In this document: positions 29,770 to 41,430 of the stretch, in pieces
Layout of the letters: each line of letters begins with the position of its first letter
How positions within the stretch are numbered: position 1 is the first letter of the stretch
Assembly (NCBI GenBank): GCA_947626335.1
Contig: CANQRY010000001.1
Coordinates: 19,132-83,131 of the forward strand
Direction: 5' to 3'
Length of the DNA: 64,000 nt
Source of the DNA: an uncultured Clostridia bacterium
Lineage (GTDB): Bacteria > Bacillota > Clostridia > TANB77 > CAG-508
Notes under the pieces: generated by a model
What the model was told of the DNA's origin: nothing
What the model saw: only the letters and a program-made list of their open reading frames with translations
Database searches by the model: none
Program-made: the position numbers and the translations under genes

Positions 29770-31687
29770 GACTTTGTACCTCCCTCTTTCTTCCTTCTGA
29801 TTGTGACTTCATTAAGTCAAATAGGCTCATAGTATTATCAATGCTAAATTTATAAGTCTTATTATTTACTATATTTTCTGTCATATTGTATGTTTCTTCT
29901 TGAGGTTTTAATAATATTTTGTCTACATCTAAAATTTGATTTACTACTTGTTTATGTATTGGCTCAAAGTCCACTGTTCTTGCTTTAAATGGAGATAATA
30001 TAGCTCCGTTATTGCTTACTCTTACTATACATTCTCTATTGCTTAATTTACACAATATTTCTCTTTTTACATGATATGAATTTTTAACTGCAATTTCCAT
30101 TAAAATGTTTCCTTCTAATATGCCAGCATCTTCTTTTGAAACTCTAAAAATATAGTAATTCAAAACATTGGCAAAAATTGCCTTTTGTAGAGTTTCACTT
30201 ATTTGGTTAAAATATTGTTGTGATAATATTAAAGATAAATTATATTTTCTTGCCTCTGATAGAAATCGATGCAAAATTTCATTTTCAACTACTGCTACCT
30301 CATCAATAATAAATATAATATGTTCATCAAATGTGTATGCTTGTACTAGCTCTAATAATTGCTGCATTACTAAACCTGAAATTGTTCTTGTTACTTTTTC
30401 TCCTAAAATAGTTTGATCAAGTGAAAATATAGTTAAAAAATTATCATTAATGGTTTCTTTTAAATCGCTTTGTTTTTGCTCATTTTTAAAAGCTGGAAGT
30501 AGTTGCATCTCATCAATAAATGAAATTATAGGTGCTATAGCTTCTTGATATGAACGGTTTTTTAATTCTCCAAAATCAGAAGCAAAGAAATCTATTGTAC
30601 TTTCTGGAAGCACATTTTCTAGCTCTTTTAACAATTCATTCCTATAATTAATATCTAAAATTACTTTTCTTAAATTTTGAAATGTTAATTCATTTTTTGT
30701 AAGTAATAAACAAATTGTTTGCCTTAATACTCTCTCTAATTTTGAATTATATTGGTCTTTTATAAGCCCTTTTAATAAAGATAAAATTAGCTCTATACTT
30801 GCTGTAACATCTTTTCCAATAGAGTTAAATAGGTTTATACTATTTTTTACATTCTCAAAATTTATTACTTTTGTAGCAGGTATTCCATCTATATCTTTTG
30901 CAATTGAAGCATGTGGATCTATCATTACTATTTTGTATTTTTCTCTATATTCTTTTTTCTTACTTAAGTTTGCTATTATTGAGCAAATAAGCTTTGATTT
31001 CCCAGTTCCACTTGCACCTACTATAACAGAGTGTTTATCAAAATCGTATTCATTTAATTTTAAATAATAATCTCCTGTTAAATATGGAAATGCATCTACT
31101 TTTAGTATTGAATCTTCTTTATTTGTTCTAAATAGGTGAAGGCTTTTTTCAATATTTAAGTATTTACATGCATCTTTTTTATACACAAAACGACTATGTT
31201 CTGAAAAATTTATTGTACATAACTGGTAAGATATGCTAAATAATGCTCTTTTTCTTAAAAGCTTTCCATATTTATTTAATGAGTAAAGATATGTATGATA
31301 TAAATAATAATCTCTTTTTATTGCAAATACTGAAATTTTAGTTAATACTAAGTTTTTTTCTTTTTTTACTTCAAAGCTATCAAAAATATCTAATATGTTT
31401 TTCTCTTTTCTTTTTACTATATATGGAAAAGACTTTTTTGCTTTTAACTTTTCTTCTCCTTCTCCTACTTTTTTTATTAAAAAATCACCCAGATTTCCTA
31501 TAACCGTAGGTAATTCTTTTCTTGTTCTTACATAATACCTAACTTCATTGTTTTCTATTTGTATCCAAAAATTCCATATTCTTAATTTTCCATTCAAATT
31601 TGAAATATGGTTAAATAATTGATTCCATGCGTTTTCTTCTATTTCATTTGAAGTTAAAAATATTTCTGATATAACTTGCTTTGACAT
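29762..31687 (-). CDS. HerA/FtsK-like (DUF87) P-loop ATPase
   Basis: 641 aa with Walker A VIVGASGTGKSKL and a Walker B-like IFIIDEVAVVEN. Confidence 0.6.
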   Translation of the reverse strand: MSKQVISEIFLTSNEIEENAWNQLFNHISNLNGKLRIWNFWIQIENNEVRYYVRTRKELPTVIGNLGDFLIKKVGEGEEKLKAKKSFPYIVKRKEKNILDIFDSFEVKKEKNLVLTKISVFAIKRDYYLYHTYLYSLNKYGKLLRKRALFSISYQLCTINFSEHSRFVYKKDACKYLNIEKSLHLFRTNKEDSILKVDAFPYLTGDYYLKLNEYDFDKHSVIVGASGTGKSKLICSIIANLSKKKEYREKYKIVMIDPHASIAKDIDGIPATKVINFENVKNSINLFNSIGKDVTASIELILSLLKGLIKDQYNSKLERVLRQTICLLLTKNELTFQNLRKVILDINYRNELLKELENVLPESTIDFFASDFGELKNRSYQEAIAPIISFIDEMQLLPAFKNEQKQSDLKETINDNFLTIFSLDQTILGEKVTRTISGLVMQQLLELVQAYTFDEHIIFIIDEVAVVENEILHRFLSEARKYNLSLILSQQYFNQISETLQKAIFANVLNYYIFRVSKEDAGILEGNILMEIAVKNSYHVKREILCKLSNRECIVRVSNNGAILSPFKARTVDFEPIHKQVVNQILDVDKILLKPQEETYNMTENIVNNKTYKFSIDNTMSLFDLMKSQSEGRKREVQSHG

Positions 31688-31818
31688 TTTTTATATCTCC
31701 TTTTAAAACTATTATTTTCATGTGTATATAGAGTTTTCTTTGTTTATATATTTATTATACTAAGTTTTAAAAAGAAAAAACTGACTTTTTTCTTACGGAA
31801 AAAATCAGTTTTAGTATT

Positions 31819-32628
31819 TTAATCTTCAATTGGTATTAAAAAATCTGTAACATCATTATGATAATGTTCTAATTCTGGTATTGGTCTAAGGTTATATTTA
31901 CAGCTTGGAATAAATTGTTCATATACTCTATTGGTTACTGCCTGTATATCTTTTGCGGTTTGATTAGAAATATGAAATAAAAGCCATTTGCTTTTTGGAA
32001 TTATATATTTCTTGAGTCCTGGCATTGGTACATCATACAAAACCCAATATTCTAGTTTATCACTTTCAAATCGGTCTTCATACACTGTCATTCCATATGG
32101 TGTATGTCTTCCATATCTATCGTAAAATTTTTCACTTATTTTTTTAAAGAATTCAGGTGCAACTTTAGATATTTTCTGTTCTGTTGTTTTTGTTCCTTTA
32201 CCATAAAGCACTAATTCTTCTTGCTCTATTATACTATATGGAATATCTTGATTTTCTAGCTTGTTTTGTTCATCAAAAACAATTTTTGTATATATTTTTA
32301 GCTTTTCTGGATTTTTTCTAACTTCACTTGGTTTAATTTCGTGGAATTTTTCAAAAGCTCTTGAAAAAGATGTTGCATTTTCGTATTGATATTTAAGTGC
32401 TATATCTATTATTTTTTCATCTGTCTGATACAGGTCTGTTCCTGCATTTGATAGTCTTCTTTTTCTAATATAATCTGAAATGCTAATATTGGTTAGAAGA
32501 TTAAATATTGTTTGCATGGTGTATTCGTTAACACCTAATATTGCTGCTAATTCTTTATATTCTATTTTATCTTCTAAATGATTTTCTATGTATGACACCA
32601 TTTCATTTAACGATTTATATATGTTCAT
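31819..32628 (-). CDS. AraC-family transcriptional regulator (N-terminal HTH_AraC, C-terminal GyrI-like effector domain)
   Basis: AraC HTH signature ...ISDYIRKRRLSNAGTDL...YENATSFSRAFEKFHEIKPSE. Confidence 0.75.
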   Translation of the reverse strand: MNIYKSLNEMVSYIENHLEDKIEYKELAAILGVNEYTMQTIFNLLTNISISDYIRKRRLSNAGTDLYQTDEKIIDIALKYQYENATSFSRAFEKFHEIKPSEVRKNPEKLKIYTKIVFDEQNKLENQDIPYSIIEQEELVLYGKGTKTTEQKISKVAPEFFKKISEKFYDRYGRHTPYGMTVYEDRFESDKLEYWVLYDVPMPGLKKYIIPKSKWLLFHISNQTAKDIQAVTNRVYEQFIPSCKYNLRPIPELEHYHNDVTDFLIPIED

Positions 32629-32835
32629 TATTATCCCTTTCTAAGAGCTGTTGTCTTTATTTTATTTTAGCATATCACTATTTTTTACGCAATAATTTTA
32701 TGTTTTTTAATATTAATTGTATATTTCATTTTATTTTCACTTGACTTTTGAAGTAAATTAAGATATTCTATTGCTTGAAATAAGAAGATTTGTTATATTT
32801 TAAAATTTTAATTTTGAAAGGAGAAATTTTAAGTT

Positions 32836-33369
32836 ATGGAATTAAAAGGTTCAAAAACAGAAGCTAATTTAAGAGCTGCATTTTCTGGCGAATCAGAGGC
32901 TAGAAACAAATACACATATTTTGCAAGCGTTGCAAAAAAAGAAGGTTATGAGCAAATTGCTGCTATATTTTTAGAAACAGCTGAAAATGAAAAAGAACAT
33001 GCTAAATTACATTTTAAATATTTAAAAGGAATTGGTGATACTAAATCAAACTTAGCAGATGCTGCAGCTGGCGAAAACTATGAATGGACTACTATGTATG
33101 CTGATTTTGCAAAAACTGCTGAAGAAGAAGGATTTTTAGATATTGCAGCTACTTTTAGAGGTATTGGAGAAGTAGAAAAACACCATGAAGAAAGATACAG
33201 AAAATTACTAGATAATTTAGGAAATGGTGAAGTTTTCAAAAAAGGAAGTATTACTGTTTGGAAATGCAGAAACTGTGGACATATTCATGTTGGTGTAGAA
33301 GCACCTGCTGTTTGCCCAGTTTGCAACCACCCACAAGCTTATTTTGAAGTAAATTGTGAAAATTATTAA
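32836..33369 (+). CDS. Rubrerythrin (ferritin-like diiron domain plus C-terminal rubredoxin-like CxxC...CxxC)
   Basis: The [10 protein letters not shown] and [12 protein letters not shown] diiron motifs, and CRNCGHIH...CPVCNHP. Confidence 0.9.
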   Translation: MELKGSKTEANLRAAFSGESEARNKYTYFASVAKKEGYEQIAAIFLETAENEKEHAKLHFKYLKGIGDTKSNLADAAAGENYEWTTMYADFAKTAEEEGFLDIAATFRGIGEVEKHHEERYRKLLDNLGNGEVFKKGSITVWKCRNCGHIHVGVEAPAVCPVCNHPQAYFEVNCENY

Positions 33370-33422
33370 AAAACAAAAGTCGTTTGCTTTTAATTTTAAG
33401 GCAAGCGACTTTTTAAATTTTA

Positions 33423-34733
33423 TTAAACAATTTTTCCAATTAAATCATAATCTTTTACGTCTGTTATTTCACACAAAACAAATTCTCCTTCTTCAAGCTT
33501 TTTTGTATTTTGAATGTAAAGTACTCCATCTATTTCAGGAGTATCCATATAGCTCCTTCCTATGTAAAACTTTTTGTTAGGGCTTAAATACTCTATCATA
33601 ACTTCAAAGGTTTTTCCTATATGTTTTTGTAAATTATTATATGATATTTGATTTTGTAGTTTCATAATTTTGTTATATCTACTTTTTTTAGTAGAAGGAT
33701 GAATTTGATTTTTCATGTAAGCACCTGCTGTTCCTTCTTCTTTAGAATATGAAAATGCCCCTAATTTATCAAATTTAGCATCTTCTAAAAAATTATATAA
33801 TTCCTCAAAATCTTCATTTGTTTCTCCAGGAAAGCCTACCATTACAGTTGTTCTTAAAATTACGTCTGGAATTTCTTTTCTTAGTTTTTTAATTAAGTCT
33901 TTTATGCTTTTACTACTACTTTTTCTGTTCATTCTTTTTAGCACATTATCTGATATATGCTGTATTGGAATATCAAAATAATTACAAATTTTAGGGTTTT
34001 GCTTTACAACTTTAATAAGTTCATCTGTTATAGTTTCTGGGTATGCATATAAAAATCTAACCCACTTTATTTTTTCTATTTTGCATATTTCTTCAAGTAG
34101 CTTTGCAAGCATTGGTTTTTTATATAGGTCTATTCCATATTTTGTTGTATCTTGTGCTGTTAAAATAATTTCTTTGTATCCTTTATTTGCAAGGTCTTTT
34201 GCCTCATTTAAAATGCTTTCCATTTTTCTACTTTTAAATGGACCTCTAATTTTGGGTATAGCACAATATGAACAGCAGTTACTGCATCCATCTGCTATTT
34301 TTAAATATGCATAATTTTTTCCTGTTGAAATAACTCTATCTGTAAAATCATCAAATTTTATATTTTTAAGTTTTTCTTCTTTTTTAGTAATTAAACTATC
34401 TATTTGCTCCCATAATGTATCATAGTTACTGTATTTAATATATAAATCTACTTCTGGAAGTTCTTTTTCTAGTTCTTCTTTATATCTTTCTACTAAACAG
34501 CCCATTGCAATTAAATATTTGCAATTTTTCTTTTTGTACTGAGCCATTTCTAAAATTGTGTTAATTGCTTCTTCTTTGGCACTTTGTATAAATCCACAAG
34601 TATTTATTACAATAATTTGGGCTTCTTCTGGATTATTTACTATTTCATAATTATGCTCTTTAAATATTGCAATTGTTTTTTCTGTATCTACTAGGTTTTT
34701 GTTACATCCTAGTGAAATAAAGCCTACCTTCAT
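33423..34733 (-). CDS. rimO: Ribosomal protein S12 methylthiotransferase RimO (MiaB-family radical SAM)
   Basis: MKVGFISLGCNKNLVDTE N-terminus, a CxxxCxxC radical SAM motif (CSNCCSYCAIP) and a TRAM domain. Start ATG 34731-34733 with RBS AAGGAAG. Confidence 0.8.
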   Translation of the reverse strand: MKVGFISLGCNKNLVDTEKTIAIFKEHNYEIVNNPEEAQIIVINTCGFIQSAKEEAINTILEMAQYKKKNCKYLIAMGCLVERYKEELEKELPEVDLYIKYSNYDTLWEQIDSLITKKEEKLKNIKFDDFTDRVISTGKNYAYLKIADGCSNCCSYCAIPKIRGPFKSRKMESILNEAKDLANKGYKEIILTAQDTTKYGIDLYKKPMLAKLLEEICKIEKIKWVRFLYAYPETITDELIKVVKQNPKICNYFDIPIQHISDNVLKRMNRKSSSKSIKDLIKKLRKEIPDVILRTTVMVGFPGETNEDFEELYNFLEDAKFDKLGAFSYSKEEGTAGAYMKNQIHPSTKKSRYNKIMKLQNQISYNNLQKHIGKTFEVMIEYLSPNKKFYIGRSYMDTPEIDGVLYIQNTKKLEEGEFVLCEITDVKDYDLIGKIV

Positions 34734-34760
34734 ATATTGCTTCCTTTCTTGCCTCAATAA

Positions 34761-36023
34761 TTAATTCTTAATTACTTTTTCTAATAATTTTAATCCGTTT
34801 AGTAATTCATTATATATTTTTTTGCTTACTATTTTGTTTCCTCCAGCATATTCTTTTGCAACGCCTTTCATATCAATTAACTGATATCTATTTTCTGCAC
34901 TACTGCCATTATCCATTACATATATTGGTGTATAATCTACTTTGTTTAGTGTTACCTTTTCGTCTTTACTACTTACTCTAAGTTCTATATTAAGCACTAA
35001 TTCTAGTTTTGATGTTTCGTAATCTATAGAAGATATGTAATTACCTAGTGAATATGCTATAAGTACATTTTCACCTTCACTATTTTTAACTATTTCCATT
35101 GGCTGAATAGCTGCTGGGTGGTTTCCTAAAATTATGTCTGCTCCATTTTCAACTAGAAAGCTAGCAATGTTTTTTTGCTCGTCACTTGGGCTTGTTGCAT
35201 ATGGCTCTCCCCAATGCATAATTACTATAATATAGTCTGCATTTTCTTTTGCATATTCTAATTCTTCTTTTGCTGTTTCTTCACTAAAAATGTTTAAAGC
35301 CTCTAACTCTTTTTTTGACTTTGAGCTTTGATTTTCAACTCCATAAGTGTATGATAAAAAGGCAAGTCTTGTACCTTTTATTGTTTGAATATTTACAGTT
35401 TCTTCTGATAGCCTATCGCCTACTGTAGAAAAACCTATTTCTTCTAGGTATTGTTTTGTAGTTTTTAATCCTTCTGTTCCATAATCTAAGCTATGGTTTG
35501 TACTAATACTTACTAAATTTACACCTGATTTTTTTACTGCCATAGCAAATTCTTTTGGACTGTTTCTATTTCCATAACCTGAATATGAATTGCTTGTAAA
35601 GTTGCTTTCCATGGTTCCTAAAACTAAATCACTTGATTTCATTAAACTTGTAATGTTATTAAACATATAATCAAAAGTATAACTATTTGAATTCTTTTGG
35701 TATGCATCTTGTAGCATTTCTTCTCCACATAAAATATCTCCTACAGCTGATATATTTAAAATACTATCTGGTCTATTTGAATTACTATTTTCTATATTTT
35801 GCTCAGTTGATATAAATATTTGCTCTACTGACTTTTCTAGTTCTTCTTTTTGCTTTGCAAGTAGCTTTTTATCTTGCATATTTCTAAACAAAATTATAGA
35901 AATGCTTGATAAAATAACAAGTATTAAAATTGTTACTAAAGTTAAAAAAGTTTTTAAACTCATTATGTCTGAAAACTTTTTAAAAGTTCTTTTATTTCTT
36001 CTATTTCTTGACATTTGTACCAC
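34761..36023 (-). CDS. CapA/PgsA-family metallophosphatase-like protein with an N-terminal TM anchor
   Basis: 420 aa; CapA-family blocks (AVGDILCG, VSISTNHSLDYG, IVIMHWGEPYATSPS, ADIILGNHPAAIQP). Confidence 0.7.
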   Translation of the reverse strand: MVQMSRNRRNKRTFKKFSDIMSLKTFLTLVTILILVILSSISIILFRNMQDKKLLAKQKEELEKSVEQIFISTEQNIENSNSNRPDSILNISAVGDILCGEEMLQDAYQKNSNSYTFDYMFNNITSLMKSSDLVLGTMESNFTSNSYSGYGNRNSPKEFAMAVKKSGVNLVSISTNHSLDYGTEGLKTTKQYLEEIGFSTVGDRLSEETVNIQTIKGTRLAFLSYTYGVENQSSKSKKELEALNIFSEETAKEELEYAKENADYIIVIMHWGEPYATSPSDEQKNIASFLVENGADIILGNHPAAIQPMEIVKNSEGENVLIAYSLGNYISSIDYETSKLELVLNIELRVSSKDEKVTLNKVDYTPIYVMDNGSSAENRYQLIDMKGVAKEYAGGNKIVSKKIYNELLNGLKLLEKVIKN

Positions 36024-36038
36024 CTAACAATAATTATA

Positions 36039-36710
36039 TTATTTTTTGAATAAAGAACATATACCGTTCCATATTCCTACAAATATATTACCTATAATAT
36101 CAACAATTGTTCTTATAACATTATTTGAGTTATAAAAATCTACCAGCATTTTGTGTGTTAACGGGAAAAACCAAATAATTAAACAAATTGCACAAATTAT
36201 TAATATTGTAATTAAAAAGTCCCTAAACTTTTTCCATGTCCATTTGTATTTTATTTTATAGCCTAAACTTCTTAAATAACCCTCATAAGCCTGCTCATAT
36301 TTTTGCTCATATTGTTTTTGAATGTCTTTTTGTATTTTCTTTTCTGTTTGATATTGTTTTTTTATTTCTTGTTGCCTTTTATTTAAATTTTCTGCCATTT
36401 CATTATACTTAATATTAGAATACCCAGTATTTTCTTGTTTTGAATTATTAGAATATTCATTTTGCGCTAATTTTTCTTGCTCTTCTAATCTTTCTGCTCT
36501 TAATTTATTGTCATATTCTTTTCTTTTTTGTTCATCAATTAAAATAGAATAAGCCTCATTTAGTTGTTTCATCATTTTTTCTGCTTTTTGCTTTTCCGCT
36601 TCTGGCTGTAAATCAGGATGATATTTTTTTGCTAATACTTTATATGCTTTTTCTATTATTTCTTTTGATGCATTTTCACTAACTTCTAATATTTCATATA
36701 ATGTTTTCAT
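36039..36710 (-). CDS. DnaJ (J-domain) protein with coiled-coil and C-terminal TM segments
   Basis: J-domain [31 protein letters not shown] with the HPD motif. Confidence 0.7.
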   Translation of the reverse strand: MKTLYEILEVSENASKEIIEKAYKVLAKKYHPDLQPEAEKQKAEKMMKQLNEAYSILIDEQKRKEYDNKLRAERLEEQEKLAQNEYSNNSKQENTGYSNIKYNEMAENLNKRQQEIKKQYQTEKKIQKDIQKQYEQKYEQAYEGYLRSLGYKIKYKWTWKKFRDFLITILIICAICLIIWFFPLTHKMLVDFYNSNNVIRTIVDIIGNIFVGIWNGICSLFKK

Positions 36711-36879
36711 TTTTTCATTCCCTTCAAATGCATGTTGATTCTTTTTGATTAGTATAACATTTTTTGCTTTTAATTAATAGTATTTTTACAAATATTTTTT
36801 ATGGGATAGTATTTTTTAAATGTTTATGCTATAATATAAACTGCATTTTAAAATAAATATGTTATAGGAGTTGAATATC

Positions 36880-37422
36880 TTGAAACTAACGCAAGATGGC
36901 GAAGTATTAGCAGAAAATAAAGTTTTAATTTTATATATTCTAAATAAACTAAATAACCCTATTACAAATGATAGTTTATTTAGGCTTGTTTTATCTGTAA
37001 TGGATATGAATTATTTTTATTTTCAACAATTTTTATTAGATTTGCTAGAAAATAATTATATTTCTTGTTTTGAGCAAAATGGCAAAAATGTTTATCAAAT
37101 TACAGATAACGGAAAATACACTTTAGATTTAACTAATAATATTTTACCAGGTATTATAAAATTAAAAGTTGATACTTCTTTTGAAAGTAACTTAAAAGAA
37201 TCTTCTGATGAAGAATCCATTACTGCTGAATATACTCCTATAAATGAAAATGATTATACAGTAACTTGCAAAATAACTGAAAAACACCGCACTATTTTTG
37301 AAATTAGTGTTTTTGCAGGTTCACGTGATGAGGCAAAAAAAATTGTAGATAATTGGAAGGAAAATGCTTATAGTATTTATCCTGAAATTTTAAATTTGTT
37401 AAACAAAAAAATTGAGCCATAA
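36880..37422 (+). CDS. Hypothetical protein (about 180 aa); start uncertain (TTG 36880 with AGGAG 9 nt upstream)
   Basis: ORF track; no recognised family. Confidence 0.35.
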   Translation: MKLTQDGEVLAENKVLILYILNKLNNPITNDSLFRLVLSVMDMNYFYFQQFLLDLLENNYISCFEQNGKNVYQITDNGKYTLDLTNNILPGIIKLKVDTSFESNLKESSDEESITAEYTPINENDYTVTCKITEKHRTIFEISVFAGSRDEAKKIVDNWKENAYSIYPEILNLLNKKIEP

Positions 37423-37460
37423 CGAAATTTTGCTTTACAAAATTTCGCGGCTCTTTTTTT
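37423..37460 (+). terminator. Rho-independent terminator
   Basis: cgaaattttg-cttta-caaaatttcg hairpin followed by ctcttttttt. Confidence 0.7.
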
Positions 37461-37502
37461 GCTCGCTTTGCCATAGTAAATATAGGTATATTAAACTTAT
37501 TT

Positions 37503-38942
37503 TTAGTATTGTCTTCCCCAAACTACCATTTTATCTGCTTTTTTACCACAACATACACATGTATCTGAAATATGTTCTTGTTTAAATGGAATGCATCTTG
37601 ATTTTGCTCCTGTTAGTTCTTTTATTTTGTCTTCGCAAGCTTCATCTCCACACCACATTGCTTTAATAAAACCTTGATGCTCATTCATGATTTTTGTAAA
37701 TTCTTCCATGTTTGTAGCTACTGTGGTTTTTTCTTCTAATCTTTTTTTACATTCTTCAAACATATTTGATTGTATGTCTTCTAACAATGTACCAAGCTCT
37801 TGTGATAAGCTTTCTATTTTTACTTCTTTCTTTTCTAAAGTATCTCTTCTTACTAAAATGCAAACTCCATTTTCAATATCTCTTGGTCCCATTTCAATAC
37901 GAACTGGTACACCTCTCATTTCCCAATCGTTAAATTTGTAACCTGCGCTATAGCTATCTCTTAAGTCTAGTTTTACTCTATAATTTTCTATAAGTGTGTT
38001 ATATAATTCTTTAGCTTTTTCTGTTACTCCTTCTTTATGTGCAGCAATTGGTATAATTACTGCTTGAATTGGTGCTACTCTTGGTGGAAGTTTTAAACCT
38101 CTGTTATCTCCATGTGCCATAATAACTCCACCTATTAATCTTGTAGAAGCTCCCCATGAAGTTTGGTATGCATATTCTTCCTTTCCTTCTTTATTTTGAA
38201 ATTTTATTTCAAATGGTTTTGTAAAGTTTTGTCCAAAATAATGTGAAGTTGCAGATTGAAGCGCTCTTCCATCATGCATCATTGTTTCTATTGTATATGT
38301 ACTTTCAGCTCCTGCAAATTTTTCACTTGGTGTTTTTTCTCCTTTTACAACTGGAATTGCAAGTAGGTCTTCTATAACTCTTTCATATATTTCAAGCATT
38401 TGTATTGTTCTTGCTACAGCTTCTTCTTTTGTAGCATGTATTGTATGACCTTCTTGCCATAAAAATTCTCTTGAACGCAAAAATGGTCTTGTTTCTTTTT
38501 CCCAACGAAGTACATTGCACCATTGGTTATATACCATTGGTAAATCTCTCCATGAGCTTAACCATTTTGAGTATAGGTTTGAAAACATTGTTTCAGATGT
38601 TGGTCTTATACATAACTTTTCTTCTAAGGTTTCTCCTCCACCTTCTGTTACCCATGCTACTTCTGGTGCAAATCCTTCAACATGATCTTTTTCTTTTTGT
38701 AATAGTCCTTCTGGAATTAAAACAGGAAAATATACATTTTCTACTCCTGCTTTTTTAAATAAATTATCCATATATTTTTGAATATTCTCCCATATTGCAT
38801 ATCCATATGGTTTTATTGCTATGCAACCTTTTGTGTCTGTATAATCTGCTAAGTCTGCCTTTTTTACGATATCTGTATACCATTTTGCAATATCTTCTTC
38901 TATGTTTGTAATTTCTTTTACAAATTCTTTATCATTACTCAT
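37503..38942 (-). CDS. proS: Proline--tRNA ligase (archaeal/eukaryotic-type ProRS)
   Basis: 479 aa class II aaRS with a C-terminal zinc-binding domain ([30 protein letters not shown]). Confidence 0.92.
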   Translation of the reverse strand: MSNDKEFVKEITNIEEDIAKWYTDIVKKADLADYTDTKGCIAIKPYGYAIWENIQKYMDNLFKKAGVENVYFPVLIPEGLLQKEKDHVEGFAPEVAWVTEGGGETLEEKLCIRPTSETMFSNLYSKWLSSWRDLPMVYNQWCNVLRWEKETRPFLRSREFLWQEGHTIHATKEEAVARTIQMLEIYERVIEDLLAIPVVKGEKTPSEKFAGAESTYTIETMMHDGRALQSATSHYFGQNFTKPFEIKFQNKEGKEEYAYQTSWGASTRLIGGVIMAHGDNRGLKLPPRVAPIQAVIIPIAAHKEGVTEKAKELYNTLIENYRVKLDLRDSYSAGYKFNDWEMRGVPVRIEMGPRDIENGVCILVRRDTLEKKEVKIESLSQELGTLLEDIQSNMFEECKKRLEEKTTVATNMEEFTKIMNEHQGFIKAMWCGDEACEDKIKELTGAKSRCIPFKQEHISDTCVCCGKKADKMVVWGRQY

Positions 38943-39579
38943 TATTATTATTCTCCTTTTGATTTATGTTTTCTTGTATATTTTCTGTATCTTCCCTTTC
39001 GGGCATTGGAGCCTCATTTTTTTCTTCTATTATATCATCAATTACAATTTGTTTGTTTTCATCTAACTTGTATCTTGGAAGCTCTGGAAGTTCTTCTAAA
39101 TTACTAAATCCAAAAACTCTAAAAAATTCTTCTGTAACTCCATAAGTTCCTGGTTTTCCTGGTGCATCTAGCTTTCCTGTTTCTTGTATTAAATTATAGT
39201 CTAATAGTTTATATATTGTTCCATCTGAGTTTACTCCACGAATTGATTCTATTTCGGCCCTTGTAATACGTGGATTATATGCAATAATGGCTAGGGTTTC
39301 TAGAGCTGCTTGTGATAAATTTGGTTTATTTCTTTTATCTAATATAGCATATAAGTATTCATAATAGTCTTGTTTTGTGCATAACTGATAGGCCTCACCT
39401 ATATTTATTATTTGAAGCCCTCTATTTTCTTCTTTGTAGTCTTGTTTCATACTTTCAATTATTGTAATTATTTCTTCTGAACTAAGTTCTAAGGATGACA
39501 TTAGTTCACCTATTTTTACTTCACGTCCTGCTGCAAAAAGTATTGCCTCTATAACTCCTTTTGCTTTGCTTATTTCCAT
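38935..39579 (-). CDS. scpB: Segregation and condensation protein B (ScpB)
   Basis: 214 aa winged-helix protein with motifs IEAILFAAG and [27 protein letters not shown]. Confidence 0.88.
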   Translation of the reverse strand: MEISKAKGVIEAILFAAGREVKIGELMSSLELSSEEIITIIESMKQDYKEENRGLQIINIGEAYQLCTKQDYYEYLYAILDKRNKPNLSQAALETLAIIAYNPRITRAEIESIRGVNSDGTIYKLLDYNLIQETGKLDAPGKPGTYGVTEEFFRVFGFSNLEELPELPRYKLDENKQIVIDDIIEEKNEAPMPEREDTENIQENINQKENNNNE

Positions 39580-39755
39580 TTTTTATATCATTCCTTCCTT
39601 AGCTATTTAATTTGCTTGGGAAATAATTTATATCTATTTTTCTTTAATAATTATGCCACGTATTTGGCTCTGTGTCAAGAAATATTGACATTGTTTTTTG
39701 CTTATGATAATATTTAAGTAAATAAACTTTAAAAAGAATAGGAGCTGATTTCCAA

Positions 39756-39965
39756 ATGGAAGAAAATGAGAATGTTTCTAATCAAGAAGAACAAGATAAA
39801 AAAGAAAATAAAAAAATTGAAGTTGTTTCTGGTGATGGTGATTTAAACATCTCTCCTGTATCTAGATATATAGAAGTTGAAAAGCCTAAACCAAAAGAAG
39901 AGAGAGAAATTATTATTCCAGAAGTAAAAGACACTGTTTCTAAAGATAATGATTCATCTAATTAG
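39756..39965 (+). CDS. Small acidic hypothetical protein (69 aa)
   Basis: ORF track. Sigma-A-like promoter upstream (TTGACA 39683-39688, 17-bp spacer, TAATAT). Confidence 0.35.
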   Translation: MEENENVSNQEEQDKKENKKIEVVSGDGDLNISPVSRYIEVEKPKPKEEREIIIPEVKDTVSKDNDSSN

Positions 39966-40015
39966 ATTTAATTTTTACCATTAAAAAAAGGGACTTTACA
40001 GCCCCTTTTTTAAAT

Positions 40016-40723
40016 TTATATAGCTTCTTGATTTTCTTCGCTTATTGCTTCTTCTTTATTTTCTTCGTTATTTCCATCTTGATTTGCAACTTCTAAGCTA
40101 GAAACAGATACTTCATAAGCAACTTTCTTTTCAACTGTTCCGTCTTCATATTTCTTTTCGTATTCTCTTGATTGAACTCTACCTATAATTCTTACCTCTG
40201 TTCCAACTGGTACATTTTCACAAAATCTAGCATTTCTTCCCCATGCAATACATGGAATATAGTCTGATTTATTATATGCTCTATTTACTGCTAAAAGAAT
40301 ATCTGAAATTTCTCTACCAAATGGTGTTTTACGATAAATAGGTTTTTTGCAAATGAATCCATCTAAAATAACTTCATTTGAAACTTGATCTTTTCTAACT
40401 TCAACTTCTTCATCTTGATTTTCTATAAATTCGATATCTTTAGCAAATACAGTTAAAATTAATTTGTTTTTTGCATTATCATAACTATTGTATGATCTAA
40501 ATTGACCATCTATTTTTAAGTTATTATCTATTGCAATATCTTTAATTGTTAATAGTCTTTCTGAAATTGTTACTGGAATAATATCTGCATTTCCACTTAA
40601 ACGTGGTACACTTAAATCAAATATGTAAAATTTTTCTCCATAAATTTCATGACTAAATCTTTTTTCACTTGTAACCTTTCCAACCAATGTTAAATGGTTA
40701 TTATCATCATAATTTGTATTCAA
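40016..40723 (-). CDS. OB-fold single-stranded-DNA-binding-like protein with an acidic C-terminal tail
   Basis: Two OB-like repeats and an acidic tail (EENKEEAISEENQEAI). Family assignment is tentative. Confidence 0.4.
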   Translation of the reverse strand: MNTNYDDNNHLTLVGKVTSEKRFSHEIYGEKFYIFDLSVPRLSGNADIIPVTISERLLTIKDIAIDNNLKIDGQFRSYNSYDNAKNKLILTVFAKDIEFIENQDEEVEVRKDQVSNEVILDGFICKKPIYRKTPFGREISDILLAVNRAYNKSDYIPCIAWGRNARFCENVPVGTEVRIIGRVQSREYEKKYEDGTVEKKVAYEVSVSSLEVANQDGNNEENKEEAISEENQEAI

Positions 40724-40889
40724 TTTTGTTTCCTCCCTACTTTTGTTTCTTATTTTAGTTTATTCATAGTATATATTTTTTAGACTAATTCTAGTCACAA
40801 TATATATTATACTACGTTTTTTTGGATTTGTCTACATAAAATGTTAAATTTTTCATTTATTTTTTTACTGCTTAGGAAAAATAGCTTAT

Positions 40890-41360
40890 TTACGCATATA
40901 CTAGGTTTATACCTAGTAGCTCCATAACCCCATATTTGCTTACATTATTATAAGCTTTTATTGTTATTTCTTGTGGTTCTGTTATTTTTCCATTTACACT
41001 TTTAATACTTCTCTGCAAACATACCATAACTTCTTCCCCTTCCATGCTAGATGCGGTAATACTTGCTTTTGAATTAAATCCATAGGTAATAAGCTGTAAG
41101 TTTAAATTATTTATTAGTTCTAAGTTTTCTGTAATATCTACATTAAAAATTAAATATTCTGCTTTACTTAGAATTTCATGCACCTCTTTGCTATTTTCTT
41201 TTACTTTTTTACCTATAAGAATGGTTTGAAATTTAATATTTTTTAAATTAGTTATGCTATCTTCATTTAAAAAGAATATTTCATTTTCTCCTAACTTATG
41301 AAGCTCTTGCTTTATATAACCTTCATTATTCTTTTCTGTTAGAATTCCAACCAAATGCAT
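40890..41360 (-). CDS. Hypothetical protein (156 aa)
   Basis: ORF track only. Confidence 0.35.
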   Translation of the reverse strand: MHLVGILTEKNNEGYIKQELHKLGENEIFFLNEDSITNLKNIKFQTILIGKKVKENSKEVHEILSKAEYLIFNVDITENLELINNLNLQLITYGFNSKASITASSMEGEEVMVCLQRSIKSVNGKITEPQEITIKAYNNVSKYGVMELLGINLVYA

Positions 41361-41430
41361 TTTTTTGAAACTCCTTTTTATTATGGAGTTATTATACCAA
41401 CTTTAAAGTTTGTTTATTCAAAAATTTATA

